From NCBI RefSeq assembly GCF_009914755.1, contig NC_060926.1: a DNA stretch of 64,000 nt; one strand, given 5' to 3'. Below, in pieces: positions 30,180 through 45,578 of the stretch (position 1 is its first letter; each line of letters opens with the position of its first letter). The position numbers and the translations under genes were made by a program. The notes beneath the pieces are model-generated. The model did not search any database, was not told where the DNA came from, and saw only the letters and a list, made by a program, of their open reading frames with translations. The DNA comes from the human T2T-CHM13v2.0 reference genome, Homo sapiens.

Positions 30180-31172
30180 CTTTGTGGTTTTATCTACCTT
30201 TGGTCTTTGATGATGGTGATGTACAGATGGGTTTTTGGTGTGGATGTCCTTTCTGTTTGTTAGTTTTCCTTCTAACAGTCAGGACCATCAGCTGCATGTC
30301 TGTTGGAGTTTGCTGGAGGTCCACTCCAGACCCTGTTTGCCTGGGTTATCACAAGTGGAGGCTACAGAACAGCAAATATTGCAGAATGGCAAATGTTGCT
30401 GCCTGATCCTTCCTCTGGAAGCTTTGTCTCAGAGGGGCACCCAGCTGTATGAGGTGTCAGTTGGCCCCTACTGGGAGATGTCTCCCAGTTAGGCTACTCG
30501 GGGGTCAGGGATCCACTTGAGGAGGCAGTCTGTCCATTCTCAGATCTCAAACTCCATGCTGGGAGAACCACTACTCTCTTCAAAGCTGTCAGACAGGGAC
30601 GTTTAAGTCTGCAGAAGTTTCTACTGTCTTTTGTTCAGCTATGCCCTGCCCGCAGAGGTGGAGTCTACAGAGGCAGGCAGGCCTCCTTGAGGTGCGGTGG
30701 ACTCCACCCAGTTCGAGCTTCCTGGCGGCTTTGTTTACCTACTCAAGCCTCAGCAATGGCAGACGCCCCTACCCCAGCCTCACTGCTGCCTTGCAGTTCA
30801 ATCTCAGACTGCTGTGCTAGCAGTGAGTGAGGTTCTGTGGACGTGGGACCCTCTGAGTTAGGCACAGGATATAATCTCTTGGTGTGCCATTTGCTAAGAC
30901 CATTGGAAAAGTGCAGTATTAGGGTGGGGGTGTCCCAATTTGCGAGGTACTGTCTGTCACGGCTTCCCTTGGCTAGGAAAGGGAATTACCTGACCCCTTG
31001 TGCTTCTCGGGTGAGGCAATGCCCCGCCCTGCTTCAGCTCACACTCCATGGGCTGCACCCACTGTCCGACAAGCCCCAGTGAGATGAACCCGGTACCTCA
31101 GTTGGAAATGCAGAAATCACACATCTTCTGCATCGCTCATGCTGGGAGCTGTAGACTGGAGCTGCTCCTATT

Positions 31173-31183
31173 CGGCCATCTTG
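31173..31183 (-). promoter_or_regulatory. YY1 site of the L1 5' UTR promoter
   Basis: CAAGATGGCCG on the minus strand at the canonical L1 5' position. Confidence 0.8.
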
Positions 31184-31756
31184 GAACCACTCCCTCCTAT
31201 ATTTTATTTTAAATCGTGTTTTAAACTAATAGATGTTTCTTTATTATAAGGGAAATATCCATTCAAGTTTTAAAAATAGGAAAATTTAGACATGTGAAAC
31301 AAAAAAGAAAGGAAATGAGAAAGGGAAAGAGGGAGGGAGGAAGAAAAGAAGAAATGAGGGAGGGAAGGAAAATAGAAATCTTGTTGAGATATCTCTGTTT
31401 TTTAGTATGCATCAAATATTTGTTTTATGTAGTTGAGGTAAAGTTATTTATACTTGTGTTTTAAGCATAATTAACAAACATTCATTTGTCTTAGATGACA
31501 GGTAGTATCTACCACTGGATGGTTTATTAGTCTTTCCCAATTAAAAAAATGACTCAGTTAATCAATATGAACTTTAAAGATGTGGGAACTTATAATTCAA
31601 GTTTCTTAGCAATAAAAAATGATCACTATATTGCTGTATATAGATCTATTTTCTAGAATGGAAGAAAGAGACTATAATAATTCTTTGAGCGTGGCTCACA
31701 AATTTGTAAATAGTTTAGCCTTTATTTTAGAATTTTATCAAAGTAGTACATGCATA

Positions 31757-32117
31757 TGTTATGCCCTAAATGTTTGTGTCCTCTAAATTTATATGGTGAA
31801 ATCCTACCCTACAAGGTGATAATATTAGGGAGTGGAGGCTTTGGAAGGGATTGGGTCATGAGAGTGGAGGTCTCATGGATGATATTAGTCTCCTTATAAA
31901 AGAGGCCCTTGGGAGCTCATTGCCCCTTCCACCTATGAGGATACAACTGGTGGTGCTGGTCTGTGAACCAGAAAACAGGCCCTCGCCAGACACTGAATCT
32001 GCTGTGGCCTTGATCTTGGACTTCTCAGCCTCCAAAACTATGAGAAATACATTTCTGTCATTTATAAGCCATCCAGTTTATGGTACTCTATTATAGCAGC
32101 CCGAATAAACTAAGAGA
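31757..32117 (+). mobile_element. MLT1A/MLT1A0 solo LTR
   Basis: tgttatgccctaaatgtttgtgtcc ... ccttgatcttggacttctcagcctcc ... tatagcagcccgaataaactaagaga. Confidence 0.85.
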
Positions 32118-32249
32118 GGATACAATTTTAAAAAACAAATCCAAACACAGAAGTCCTCCATTCTACCTCTCCTAGTAGTTCTTAGTTCATTTTCCCAGAG
32201 ATAAACACTTTCCATTCTTTTAGCTATCTCTTCTAGACTCTACTGTCTT

Positions 32250-32410
32250 AGATGGGTGTGATGGCCCATACCTGTAGTCCCAACTACTCAGGAGGCTGAG
32301 GTGGAAGGATCACTTGTGCCTGGGAGGTGGAGGCTGCAGTGAGCTATGAATCATGCCACTGTACTTTAGCCTGGGCAAAAGAGTGAGACCCTCTCTCAAA
32401 AAAGAAAAAA
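32250..32410 (+). mobile_element. Alu right monomer (FRAM-like)
   Basis: Single right arm with A tail; flanking agact(ct)actgtc direct repeat. Confidence 0.85.
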
Positions 32411-32739
32411 GACTACTGTCATAGCTCTTGACCATTTTAATGCCATTTATAGAGGTACTGATTTGAGACTTTACTTTTCGCATCCTAAATCTAAAAGATA
32501 AAGATCTAGCATTCTTCTACCCCCAATTTTTGGTTAAATGAATACAAATTTGTTTATATTGCTACAACTTACCACATAAATATTATTTATAAATGAATAT
32601 GTAATTTATTATGATTTACATTTCCTTTCTTCTATGACTTTGATTTCCTGAGCTAATTATTGTTTATTCTTGTGGTTATTATAGTTATGTTTGCTTTACT
32701 TTCTTTATATCTAATATTATTCACCCTCCAAAAATCTTT

Positions 32740-33836
32740 TTTCAAAATAATTTCAACTTTTATTTTAGATTCACAGGGTACATGTGCAAGTTTGCTATCT
32801 GGGTATATTGTGTGACATTAAGGTTTGGGGTGTGAATGATCCCATCACCCAGGTACTGAGCATAGTACCCAATAGTTTTTCAACTCTTGCCCCCTTGCAT
32901 CCCTCCCTGCTCCAATAGTCCCCCCTGTAGCCATTTTTATGTTCATGAGTATCCAGTGTTTAGCTCCCACTTACAGGTGACAACATGCAGTATTTGGTTT
33001 TTTGTTCCTGTGTTAATTCACCTACGATAATCACCTCCAGGGGCATTTATGTTGCTGCAAGGGACATGATTTCATTCTTGTTTATGGCTGTGTAGTATTC
33101 CATGGTATATATGTACCCACTTTTTTTTATTCAATCCACTGTCGATGAGCAGCTAAGTTGATTCCATGTCTTTGCTTTTGTGAATAGTGCTTCCATGACC
33201 ATACAAGTGCATGTGTCTTTTTGGTAGAACAATTTATTTTCTTTTGGATATATACACAGTAAGGGGATTGCTAAGTCAAATGGTAGTTCTCAGTTCTTTG
33301 GGAAATCTCCAAACTGCTTTCCACAGTGGCTGAACTAATTCACATTCCCACCAACAGTGTATAAGCATTCCCTTTTATTCACAACCTCAACAGCATCTGC
33401 TGTTTCTTTGACATTTTAATAACAACCATTCTGACTGGTATGAGATGGTATCTTACTGTGGGTTTGATTTGCATTTCTCTAATGATTAGGCATGTTGAGC
33501 ATTTTTTCAAATGTGTGTTGTCCATTTGTATTGTCTTCTTTTGATAAGTGTCTGTTCATATTCTTTGCCCATTTTTTAGTGGGATTATTTGTTTTTTGTT
33601 TGTTCAATTAAGTTGCCTATAGATTCTGGATATTAGACCTTTACTGGATGCATAGTTTCTGAATAGTTTCTTCCATTCTGTAGATTGTCTGTTTACTCTG
33701 TTGATAGTTTTTTCCTTTTTCTTGCTGTGCAGAAGCTCTTTAATTCAGTTAGGTCCCACTTGTCAATTTTTGTTTCATTGCAATTGCTTTTGAGGACTTA
33801 GTCATAAATTAGTTCCCAAAGCTGATGTTCAGAATT
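32740..33836 (-). mobile_element. 5'-truncated L1 (L1PA15/16-like) 3' end
   Basis: L1 3' UTR and ORF2 tail; TSD cct[c/a]caaaaatcttt at 32725-32739 and 33837-33851. Confidence 0.88.
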
Positions 33837-33943
33837 CCTACAAAAATCTTTACATTGATAGTTTAAAATCAACTACCCCACTGACAGGAGAAATGTATCA
33901 ATAGAGTCAAATATATCAAGTTCCTATTTCTTTTTGGTTTGGT

Positions 33944-33978
<35 letters not shown>

Positions 33979-35168
33979 TGATATCTCTTCAACCCCATCA
34001 TTGCAGTATCAAAGACCAACTACTTTCTAGACCTTCTGCATAGCTATTGTCTTGGGAATTCCCCTTGCAACACTCTATGTTGACTATTTTCTAGACCTAA
34101 GACTTCTCCTTTTGTGGTGTACTCCTTCACTTTTGTAAAACAAATCATACATTGGAGGGCTTTCTTTTTTCTTGAGAAGTTCCTTGTCTGATCAATTTTT
34201 CAATTTTTACTTACACTCAGTTGATAGTGTGGGTGGGTAACTAATTCAAGGCTAAACATTATTTTCTCTTGGATCATTAAAAACATTTTTTCACTCTTCT
34301 GGCATCCTGAGTTTGGATATATTCTTCGAATATGATGTCTGCTTCCACTTACCTTTATCACAGGTGTTCTAAAATGTTATCATATGCTTTGATGTCGGTC
34401 TCTTTTTATCCATTGTACCAAGAACTCGTGAGAATGTGTTCTTTGGTAACAATATTTTCTTATATTATTTCTTTCATCATTTTTCCTATCCATTTTTTCT
34501 TCCTCTACTCTGGAAGTCTTATTGATCTGATTTTTAACCTCTTTTGTTAGCATAATTGATTATCTTATTTTTCCTCTCCTGTGGCTGGCCTTTTTGCCTA
34601 TGCTAGTATTTTTTCTGGGTGATTTCCCCAACGTCATATTCCAAACATTCTATTAATTTTTAAAATTTCTGCTGACATATTTTTTAATTTCTAGAGACTT
34701 ATTTTTTTCCCTTTTCCTCTCCACTTCTTTTTCTTCAATAGCATATTGTTCTTGATTTACAGATATCTCTCTTAGATTTCTGATTATATTAATTATAGGT
34801 TTTTTAAAACACAATTTTCTTTTAAACTAAATTTAACTTAAATTTAACTCCCCCTACCCTGCCATTTTTGTTTCTTCTGCATTCAATCTTATCTCTTTTT
34901 AAATCTTTTTTTTCTAGTTTCTATTTTGGAGGTTTCACTCACATTCCTGGGCTATTTGGCAGTCTGTTCACATTCAAGATAGAAGCTCTGGATGCTGATT
35001 AGAGGCTATGTGTGCATGAGCACTCTCATGGAAAGGGGAGGCGGGGGAGGGAGTTTGAAGTGAGAGGGAGGTTTGCTGACTTGAGGCTTTACTACTGTAG
35101 GGTGAAAGGAAAGGCACCTGGTTGTGCAGTCTCAGTATTTGCTGGCCTTTTATTTCAGTCAGTCTTTT

Positions 35169-35666
35169 TGTACTAGTTTTCTATAACAAATTACCACAAA
35201 GTTAGTGGTTTAAACCAACACAACTGTATCTTACAGTTGCATAGTTCAAGTCCAACAATGGGTCTCACTGGGCTAAAATGAAAGTGTGGGCATGACTCTG
35301 TTTCCTTTGTAGAGAGTCTACAGGAGAATCTGTTTTCTTGCTTTTCTAGTGGTCAGAGGCTGACCACATTCTTTCACTCATGGCTCCCTCCAGTTTCAAA
35401 GCCAGCAATGGCTGTGGAGTCTTTCTCACATCTCATTCCTCTGACACTAACATTTCTGCCTCCTTCTTCCACATTTAAGAGTCTCTATGACTACATTGAG
35501 TCACTTAGATAATCCAGGATAATCTTCTTATTTTTACATCAGCTGATTAGCAAACTTAATTTCTTCTACAACCCTGACTGCCCCTTGCCATGTAACATAA
35601 CGCATTCACAGGTTTGGGGGATTAGGATGTGGACATCTTTAAGGGGTTACCCTTCTGCCTAACACA
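35169..35666 (-). mobile_element. MLT1D-like solo LTR
   Basis: tgtactagttttctataacaaattaccacaaa ... ggattaggatgtggacatcttt...ctgcctaacaca. Confidence 0.82.
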
Positions 35667-36454
35667 CAGTAAAATCTCCTGTCTGATGATGTCTTCTAGG
35701 AGCAGAGCAGGGTATAGAGCTGAGATGTTTCAATATTTTGTGGGAATTTCACACATTCCCTGTTTTCTGTGGGGGCTCACTTCCATTTCTCTGATGTGTG
35801 TTGTTTCCCCAAGTGTGGATTCTCTATGGTTTAATTTATCTAGAAAATGAATTTGGCTCTTTCCAGAGATAAAAAGAAATCCAGCCAGAAGCTTGAAATC
35901 TGCTTTAGAAGGTGATCTGATAGTTCCCAAGGGTTGGCATGAGGGGTACTCATGCTGTATGGGTAGTTGCTGGGCTGGGTGGTGTGGGATAAGAGGATGC
36001 TGGAGGCTAACAGCTCCCTTTTCAGACATTTAGACATTTGAATAATCCTTCCATTTTCAATTCCAGCCAACACTCCCGCCTTTTTAGATTCGTGGTGAGC
36101 CTGAACCTTCTAGGATTCATCCATCTGTTTTCCATCTTTCCACAAATTAGACCCCTCCTATAATTTATTCTCACATTATTTTTCCCCTTAGTGGTTTTAT
36201 ACTTTATTTTATTCCTTTATTTTTATTTTACTGGTATTTCTGGATCAGAGATGAACTAATGTGATCATTAACCAGAAGTTGTTTATCATTTTTTAACAGT
36301 GATAAAACCAGAGAACAACAGACATTATTTTCGGTTGTCACTAAACCCGGAGAGAGTTTCCATGTAAATTGAGAGGTACAGATTTGCAAACACCAACATA
36401 TATGTTTAGCTAATTGCAAAAGTAAACAAGTAAAGTAAAAAATAAGAAAGAAGA

Positions 36455-36819
<365 letters not shown>

Positions 36820-39294
36820 TCAAAGCTGCAGAATTCATCTATCACGTTTTCAACTGGATTAACAAGGGGGTTCAGACTAAATGAGAAATGCTATGCAAGT
36901 TCTTTCATATCACTACTTCTGCATTTTTGAATTCTAATTTTTAATCACCTCTGAGTTATCCAGATTATAACTCCAGGATGTACTATTTTCTCAGACAATG
37001 CTTATCTAAGAGTGTTTTCTTTTTGCCCTTCTACCTGAAAGAAAGACTGTTTGTCCAACTATACATTTTTTAAAGTTTTTTCTCGAGGTCTTTAGATGTT
37101 TCTCCATTGTCTTGGGAAGGTATTGTGTAGAACTGTGAGGCCAGTTTGATTTTTGTTCCTAACAGCCTGTTTTGTATGTTTCTGAGGCTTTTTTTCTTTT
37201 ATCTTGTAGGTCTTGAAATCATAAATGTAGACAATTTGAGCTCGATGCTATTAATAGTCTAAAAATAACAGCAAAATTGCTCTAACAGATATATGTATTG
37301 ACACATTTCTGAGATTAGGGTAAAATAAGGAATAATGTTACAATCAAGAGCTCTTGGAATCAAATATAGTGCTGCTTAATAATCTGTCCTAATTAAAAGC
37401 TGTCTTAAGTTTTAAGTCAGATTTTCTGTGGATCCACAACTGGGATTATAAATTAAAAGTCTGTAATAAGCAGGATAACTTAATTGTCTGGAAATTTCTT
37501 ACTTTAAAATCTATGTAAATCTATATAACTACTTTCACCTTCCTATTTCAGAATATCAAAGCCATAAAGGCTAGTGTTTACCCTCTTTGTAGGAGCTGAC
37601 ATATATGTACAGCTTTAGCTTTTATTACAGAGTGTACATTGTTATAGTCTGACTTGGTCATTTTGGAGGCAAAAAAAAAAACTTTCGTAGATTTAATTAC
37701 CATTTTAATTTTTCACTTTACTTTTTCACTTTAGAGAAAGTCTCTATTCAAATTACAAGCATCGTTTTGTGTATTTCTAACCCTGTTGTCTCAGGGTGTC
37801 ATTGTTGTAGGGCCAGATATTATTCATTTCTATATTTGAAAAGCCAAGCCCAACAATAAACTTGCAAGGAGCTGAGTGGGGGCAAAATGTGGGTGGTGTG
37901 TATTTATAACAAACCTGTATTTAAGAAAGGAGTAACAACAACCCAACCCCCATCACTCTACGCTCCTCTGGGCCTCCTGTATCAGGCAGTTTAACCTCTG
38001 GCTCTAATTATGAACTTCCCAGCTGGAGGCAATGGGTTGGAATTGAACATACACAGGATATTTGCCTTTGGGAGACCTGTTGGCCACAGCACCCATGCAG
38101 ATTAATTGAGGAATGGTACTGTCAACAGCATTATTTGACAAAATCTTGAGAGTTTGAGGTCAGGGAGAGGATCCCTGTTGTGAAGCTGTAGTGCAGTTGA
38201 ATCAACAGTGAACACAGTGAAAATGTTGCAGGAGATGAGAAAGGAATGCAAGTTCTGAAACCTGCCCAGGAAGAGATTTACCTAGATGGCAGGACTAGAT
38301 AATAACATAGCACAGCAAACAATTCATTGCTAAATTTTTGCACAGAACATAAGGAATTTGGTCTCATATATAGCCCAAGGGAGTCGCAGTACTGACTGAA
38401 ATAGGCTCTGAAATTATTAGGGACATCACTATTATCTCCATAGCCTCAGATATATATATACACATATATATATCTGCATAGTAAATTGCACTATAGTTTA
38501 CTCCCATTTAAATTAAATCTATTTAATCTTCATTCTGCAATGGAGAATTTTAAAATTATGCGCCTGACCATTCCTTTAATGAACAGGTGAAGTCCTGTCA
38601 GTAAGTTAAATATTTCAACAACTGTCAAGTGCACTCATAAGCAGAAGCTTCTCTTGTTATTATTGCTGGGTCATGGCCAGTAGAATGGAACTTCTTTACC
38701 TCATCACAACAAGGTAAATCAAGAATTCATTATCTTGAGTTTAACTCTGGATGTATGTTTCAGCTTCTGGCCTTGCCACTTGTCTGTGACAGATCTGGTT
38801 AGAGTTGATGAATGGTCTTAATGGTGAGTAGAAGCAATACTCTTGCTCTCTCTCACATTGTTCACTGGCAAACTATTCCAGTATTTTCTGGTAGTTTTTT
38901 CTGATAGAATTCCAGGATCATGATGGCTCAGATTAGTCAAAATCATTCAGAAAAGTTTTCATTCAAATCCCAAAACCATCATGACATGAATATCAAAACT
39001 ATATATCATCACAAATATCAGCCACCGAAGAACCTTTAAATACCTCCTACTGTAGAATTATTTCTTTATGATGCAAATTGAAATTCAAGGCAAGAAGTAA
39101 AATTCTTCAAGCCAACAAATAAAATAAATAAAACAATAAAATATAGTAAAAATTCAAGGCAATAAGTAAAAAAAAATAAGGCACTTATCTCAAATTCCTT
39201 CAAAATTATCCTACCTATTTATCCTGGGGATCTCATGTATGTAAGCTTCTAAGCTCTATGATATCTATATATTCCTGGTAACTGATCTATATAG

Positions 39295-39540
39295 TCTGTT
39301 TAATGCAGTTTAGAAATAGCTAATATTTATTATTTCTATGTATCAGGTACTATTATTCTAAGTGATTTGTATATATTTACTACTCAGTCTCCGTTTACCT
39401 TTTGTTATTTCTATTTAAAAACTGAGGCACAAAGAAAAAAATAACTTTCTCAAGGTTGCACAGGTAGGAAGTAGCATAACCAAGATCCAATCCCAGGCAG
39501 TCTGATTCCAGCATCGAAGTGCTTAATTACATACAGTAAT
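39295..39540 (-). mobile_element. MIR (diverged)
   Basis: aaactgaggcacaaaga...aaggttgcacagg...cccaggcagtctgattccag. Confidence 0.65.
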
Positions 39541-41060
39541 ATAGCAAATTAAAATTCTTAATTTGCTACACACATTTATCAAATCCTATGATTTTAAATA
39601 GAGTTTCCTGACTGGGAGGGGGAAGCAAAGGAGAACTGCTAAAAAAATGCAAGAATCAAATGTTATACTGCTGTGTTCATTTTTTTAAAAATCTTTTACT
39701 GTCCTCATGAGTACAAAGAAATGTGTCACCACCCAGATACACACTAAATTGGATGTTCCAGAAATGGATTTGAATTCAAAATTCAAATAAGAGACATGGG
39801 AGAACCTAATCTAAACAAAATCATTTGAGCTAAACACAAAGCTCAAATTAATTGTACAACCTAGAAATGCTCTCTGAAAGGCTAAATCTTTGGATTTTCA
39901 TACTATTTGGAAAAGGAGTAGGTTCTGTTAATAGGACAGACTTCGTGCAACATATGTTAAGAAAAAAAATTGGAAGCACTTAAAAAATACAAGCTTGGAA
40001 GCTCAATCTTGCAAAAATGGAAAAAAATTCCTTAAAATATTTTGGAGCTTTTAGGAGAAAGTCAATATTAAAATTAGTACGGAACATAGAGAAAGGGCTT
40101 TATGAGTCGAGTGACTGTTGTTTTTCTAAATGTCAGCATGGAAACCCAAACAGAAAGAGGTGAGTTGGGTCCCTGGAAAGACTGACTGGGAAAGCTGAGT
40201 GTTAAGTTTGTGACGTGGTTGATGGCAACCAAAAATTGTCAAGTGCATGATGACAAAGTATTTCCTGGAACTAGGGGCTGCTTTAAGACATATAAACAAG
40301 GGTAATGTTGTGGGGGCATGTGCTCTAAACCAACATAGGATCTATATGTGGTTATATTACTAGCAGTTTGAACAATGTCAGACAGAGCTCTCTGGAATTT
40401 GGAAACCAATAACAGATAGTTTGAGCTGTATACTGAATTGACAATCCTTTTGTACAGCAGGGAAAAATAACCAACTTTAAAACATAACTTATACTGTACT
40501 TTTATTTTTGCATCATGGAAAAGAACCGGTTTTAAAATATAAGTTGCACTCTGCTTTCATTTAATGTTATGGTCTTGAAAATATAATCCCTATCCATTAA
40601 CAAAGGAGTAACTTTGTTGTAGCTTTAGTGTCTCTCCCTGAAAATCATATTTAATTCAGTAATTAATTTTAATCAAAGATAACTTTGTCTAAAGGTGTGA
40701 CCACGTACTCTAAGTCAGGCAGGGAAGTGTGTTCTATTTTAAGGTTACCAAACCTCTCTGGGCCTTAGTTTTCTCATCTGTAGAAAGGAAGGATTGGTCC
40801 AAACTGTCTATAAGAGTTTATGGAGCTTTTTTTTAACCCTCCCTTGTAACCAAACTCAGATGGTGATATTTTCTAGATTGGCTATTAGTTCCAGTAGACG
40901 AGGAGCCTAGAGGTGTGTGTGTGTGTGTGTCTGTATCAGACACAACCACAATACTAACATATATACTTATAGAAATTATACTCACAAATGAATACAGTGC
41001 TTGAGAAATTTACCACACTGTAAACAAAATAAGAAACCCTCTCTTTGAAAACTAGAAAAG

Positions 41061-41173
41061 GGCTGGGTGTAGTGGCTCACTCCTGTAATCCCACCACTTT
41101 GGGAGGAGCACTTGAGCCCAGGAGTTCAAGACCAGCCTGGACAGCATGGTGAAACCTCATCACTATAAAATAA
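41061..41173 (+). mobile_element. Alu left monomer with internal deletion
   Basis: TSD aaaactagaaaag at 41048-41060 and 41174-41186. Confidence 0.88.
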
Positions 41174-43396
41174 AAAACTAGAAAAGAAACTTGTCTAGTT
41201 TTCCCAACATGCTCTCTCCAAAACATTTTTCTCCCCATGAAAGTAAGAAAAGCACTTTGTAAAATATCTAAAACATCAACCTAAATAGTTGTGACTCTTT
41301 CTAAAGCTTTGGCTGTTTCTGGCTCACATCTTACCATTTATGGGGAAAAAAGTAAGTGTTTTTGTTTAAAAGTGTTCCCCCTCTAATTAAACAGAGGTGG
41401 AACTTGAGTCAACAATGGATTTCCGGAAGCTGACAAACTAAAATGTCGATAAGCTGTCAAAAGACATGCTCTGTCCAAAGCTATTATGAAATTGCATTGA
41501 TCCTGAATTCTTAAGAAGAGAAAAAGACCTTTAGATTAAAAAATAGGCCTTAGGAGGAGCAAAGGAACATTAGCCTAATCATGATTCTTTCCTTTTACAA
41601 ACTCTTTCTGATCCATTGGCTGGCAAGAGAAGGGTAAGCCTTGCCAGATTTTTAGGGAGGAAGAAAATCTCACACTCTTCTGGCCATGTGGCACTTATAT
41701 TCTCTCTACAGTACTTCCTAACCCTTTTGTAAAATGAAGAAAATTTGTTTAGAAAAAGGCCACCAGTGCTTAGGAAACAGATGAGCTGCATGGCTTGCAA
41801 GGTTTTGTCTTCTATCTACATTTATACTTGGGGTTGAGGTAGGAAATTCTTTATGCAGTGATCGTAGAGCAACCTCAGCCTCCATAAAACTTTTACTAAA
41901 CCAGTAGATTTCAAATGTTATGGTGATGATTGCAGAACTTTGTGGGTATACTAAAAACCACTGAATTTTATACTTTAAATGGGTGAATTGCATAGTATGT
42001 GAATTCTATCTCAACAATGTTATAAAAATTTTTTTAGTGTGTGTAGTCAACTAGGATGCTTGTTTAAAATACAGGTTCTTGAGTCTCAGTTCAAAGGACA
42101 GAATCTCTAGTCACTGGGTACAGGCAACTATATTTTAAACAAACATCTCTGGTGATTCTAATGAGATTATCCACACTTTTAAGGAAATAAAAAAGAGATG
42201 ATTTATTTTGGTATGTCCCCTAAAGCAACTAAAGAAACTCCACGAAAGTGTAGAATAATCAATTTTTAAAAAATCCTTCAGAAATCATAATTTGCTCTAA
42301 TTCTCATTTTTTCCATTATGAATGTGAATATTACCAGGATAATAGGAACCATGATGAAAAAAATTTCACTAGCGCCAGGTCAGGAGTCTCCTCAGATAAT
42401 AATTAATACGAGCACTTAACCGACTGCAAATAAATTTTGTGAACATTTTCTTACTGAATCTTCACAAAGACCTTGTAGAGTTGTAAGAGCTGTAAAAACC
42501 ACCCATCTTCTACAGATGGGAAGATGGATTCACCAAGGTTAACTGTTTTGCCTCAAAACACCCAAGTGATAATTGAACAATTGGTTTGGAAACCAGTTCT
42601 TCCGACACATAGTTCAGCACTCTTCGCTATAAAAATCTGCCTTTAAAAATGCTTTTTCAGCATGTACCAGCATGGCCTGCCCCTAACCTTTAGAAACTAT
42701 TGTTTGAGCACTTTGTGAAGTTCTGTCGTTCATGGTGCTAACAAATTGCACATCTTTTTTTTTCTATCTGCAACACAAAAAGAAAAGGCACAATTTGACA
42801 CATTTACCCCAAATTCTCTGTGACATGCTTGTGTAAAAAACTGGATTCTTGTATGTCAGTAGGGAAGAGCATATGTGAGTGTGTGTGTGTATATATTGAG
42901 AGACAGAGAGAGACATATTGTATCTGTATGTGTATGTGAACTGTTAAATAAAACTAACATTTACTGGAAAACTACTGTGCTGTAAATCTACTTTCCTCCT
43001 GTCACCAACCTCTTCCCCAATTTCTTGAAGATATAGGCATCTGGCTCACTGCCTGCTCCACTCAGATCTCTCCATTCTCATGAGGTGAATTAAAGGTCCT
43101 TCTCAATATCACAGGCCTCTCAATTCCTTGATCTCATCTTTATTAACCTTCACCTCCATTCCACTTTAGGTATCCACTCTGGACCACGTCATCGCCCTGA
43201 GCTTCCCCATCTTTGAAATATTTATTCTAAATATTCCACTGGCCGCAGCTCTCTAATATGACTTCAAGGAATTCTCCAAGCATCTGGCCAACCCATTTTT
43301 CAAGAAACTCTTAGATTCTATGTTCTTCTCTTAATTAATACTCTTGTCAATTCCCAAACTTCCTGGCACCATTGTCCTTTTTCCACAAACACCTAA

Positions 43397-43881
<485 letters not shown>

Positions 43882-44360
43882 AGAAGCCTTTTTTTGGGGG
43901 GAAAGTTTCAATTTACTACTTATAAATCTGTAAAATTAACTGTATACCAGAACCCATCTGCTCCTGCTTTTCTTTTTCTACATTGAGATAGGTGTGTCTC
44001 CCTCCTGCTTAAGGGAGACAAAGTACTTTTCACATATCTTTATTGTCTTCCTCTCTCTGATTCCTTCATATTTTCTTTTAAACATACTGAATCCTCTTCT
44101 GTCTTAAAATAAAAAGAAAACAATAAAAAAAACCTTTCTTTCTTCAAGCTTTCCAGAATCTATTATCCTTTTATTTAGTTGCTCAAGTTAGCGGCTTAGG
44201 AATCATTATTTATTCTTCCCTCTTTTTTATCTTTTATATGCAACTGATAAACAAGCTCTATCAAATCCATCGCCTCAGTATCTCTTTATTCATGCATTTT
44301 TCTCTATTTTCTAATGCAAAGGCTCTAAATCTGTGCTGTCCAATAAAAATATAATGTGAG

Positions 44361-44655
44361 GGCCAGGCACAGCGGCTCATGCCTGTAATCCTAGCACTTT
44401 GGGAGGCTGAGGTGGGTGGATCACTTGAGGTCAGGAGTTCGAGACCAGCCTGGCCAACGTGGTGAAACTCCATCTGTACTAAAAATACAAAAATTATCTG
44501 GGCATGGTGGTGTGTGCCTGTAATCCTAGCTACTTAGGAGGCTGAGGCAGAAGAATCACTCGAACCCAGACGGCAGAGGTTCCAGTGAGCTGAGATCACA
44601 TCACTGCACTCCAGCCTGGATGATGGAGCAAGACTCTGTCTCAAAAAAATAAAAA
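44361..44655 (+). mobile_element. Alu (AluSx/Sz-like)
   Basis: Full dimeric Alu. Confidence 0.94.
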
Positions 44656-44840
44656 TCATATATATATATATAGTGAATCACATATGTAAATTGCTTTCTT
44701 TTTTAATGGAAAATACCAGAAATACATTTACGTAAAATATTTTAATTTTTTAGGAGCCACAAAAAGTAAAAAGAAACACTAAGATTAATTTTAACAATAT
44801 ATTTTATTTAATCCAATATGTCAAACATATTGTCATTTTA

Positions 44841-45578
<738 letters not shown>

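Noticed and set aside
38447-39568. Short AT-rich palindromes at 38447-38476 and 39542-39568
   Set aside because: 11-13-bp arms in TA-rich sequence; the first is mostly (TA)n and neither has supporting context.
37200-40700. Repeat-poor stretch with homeobox, MEIS and octamer-like words as a conserved enhancer
   Set aside because: Short motifs are expected by chance in AT-rich DNA; conservation cannot be judged from this sequence alone.
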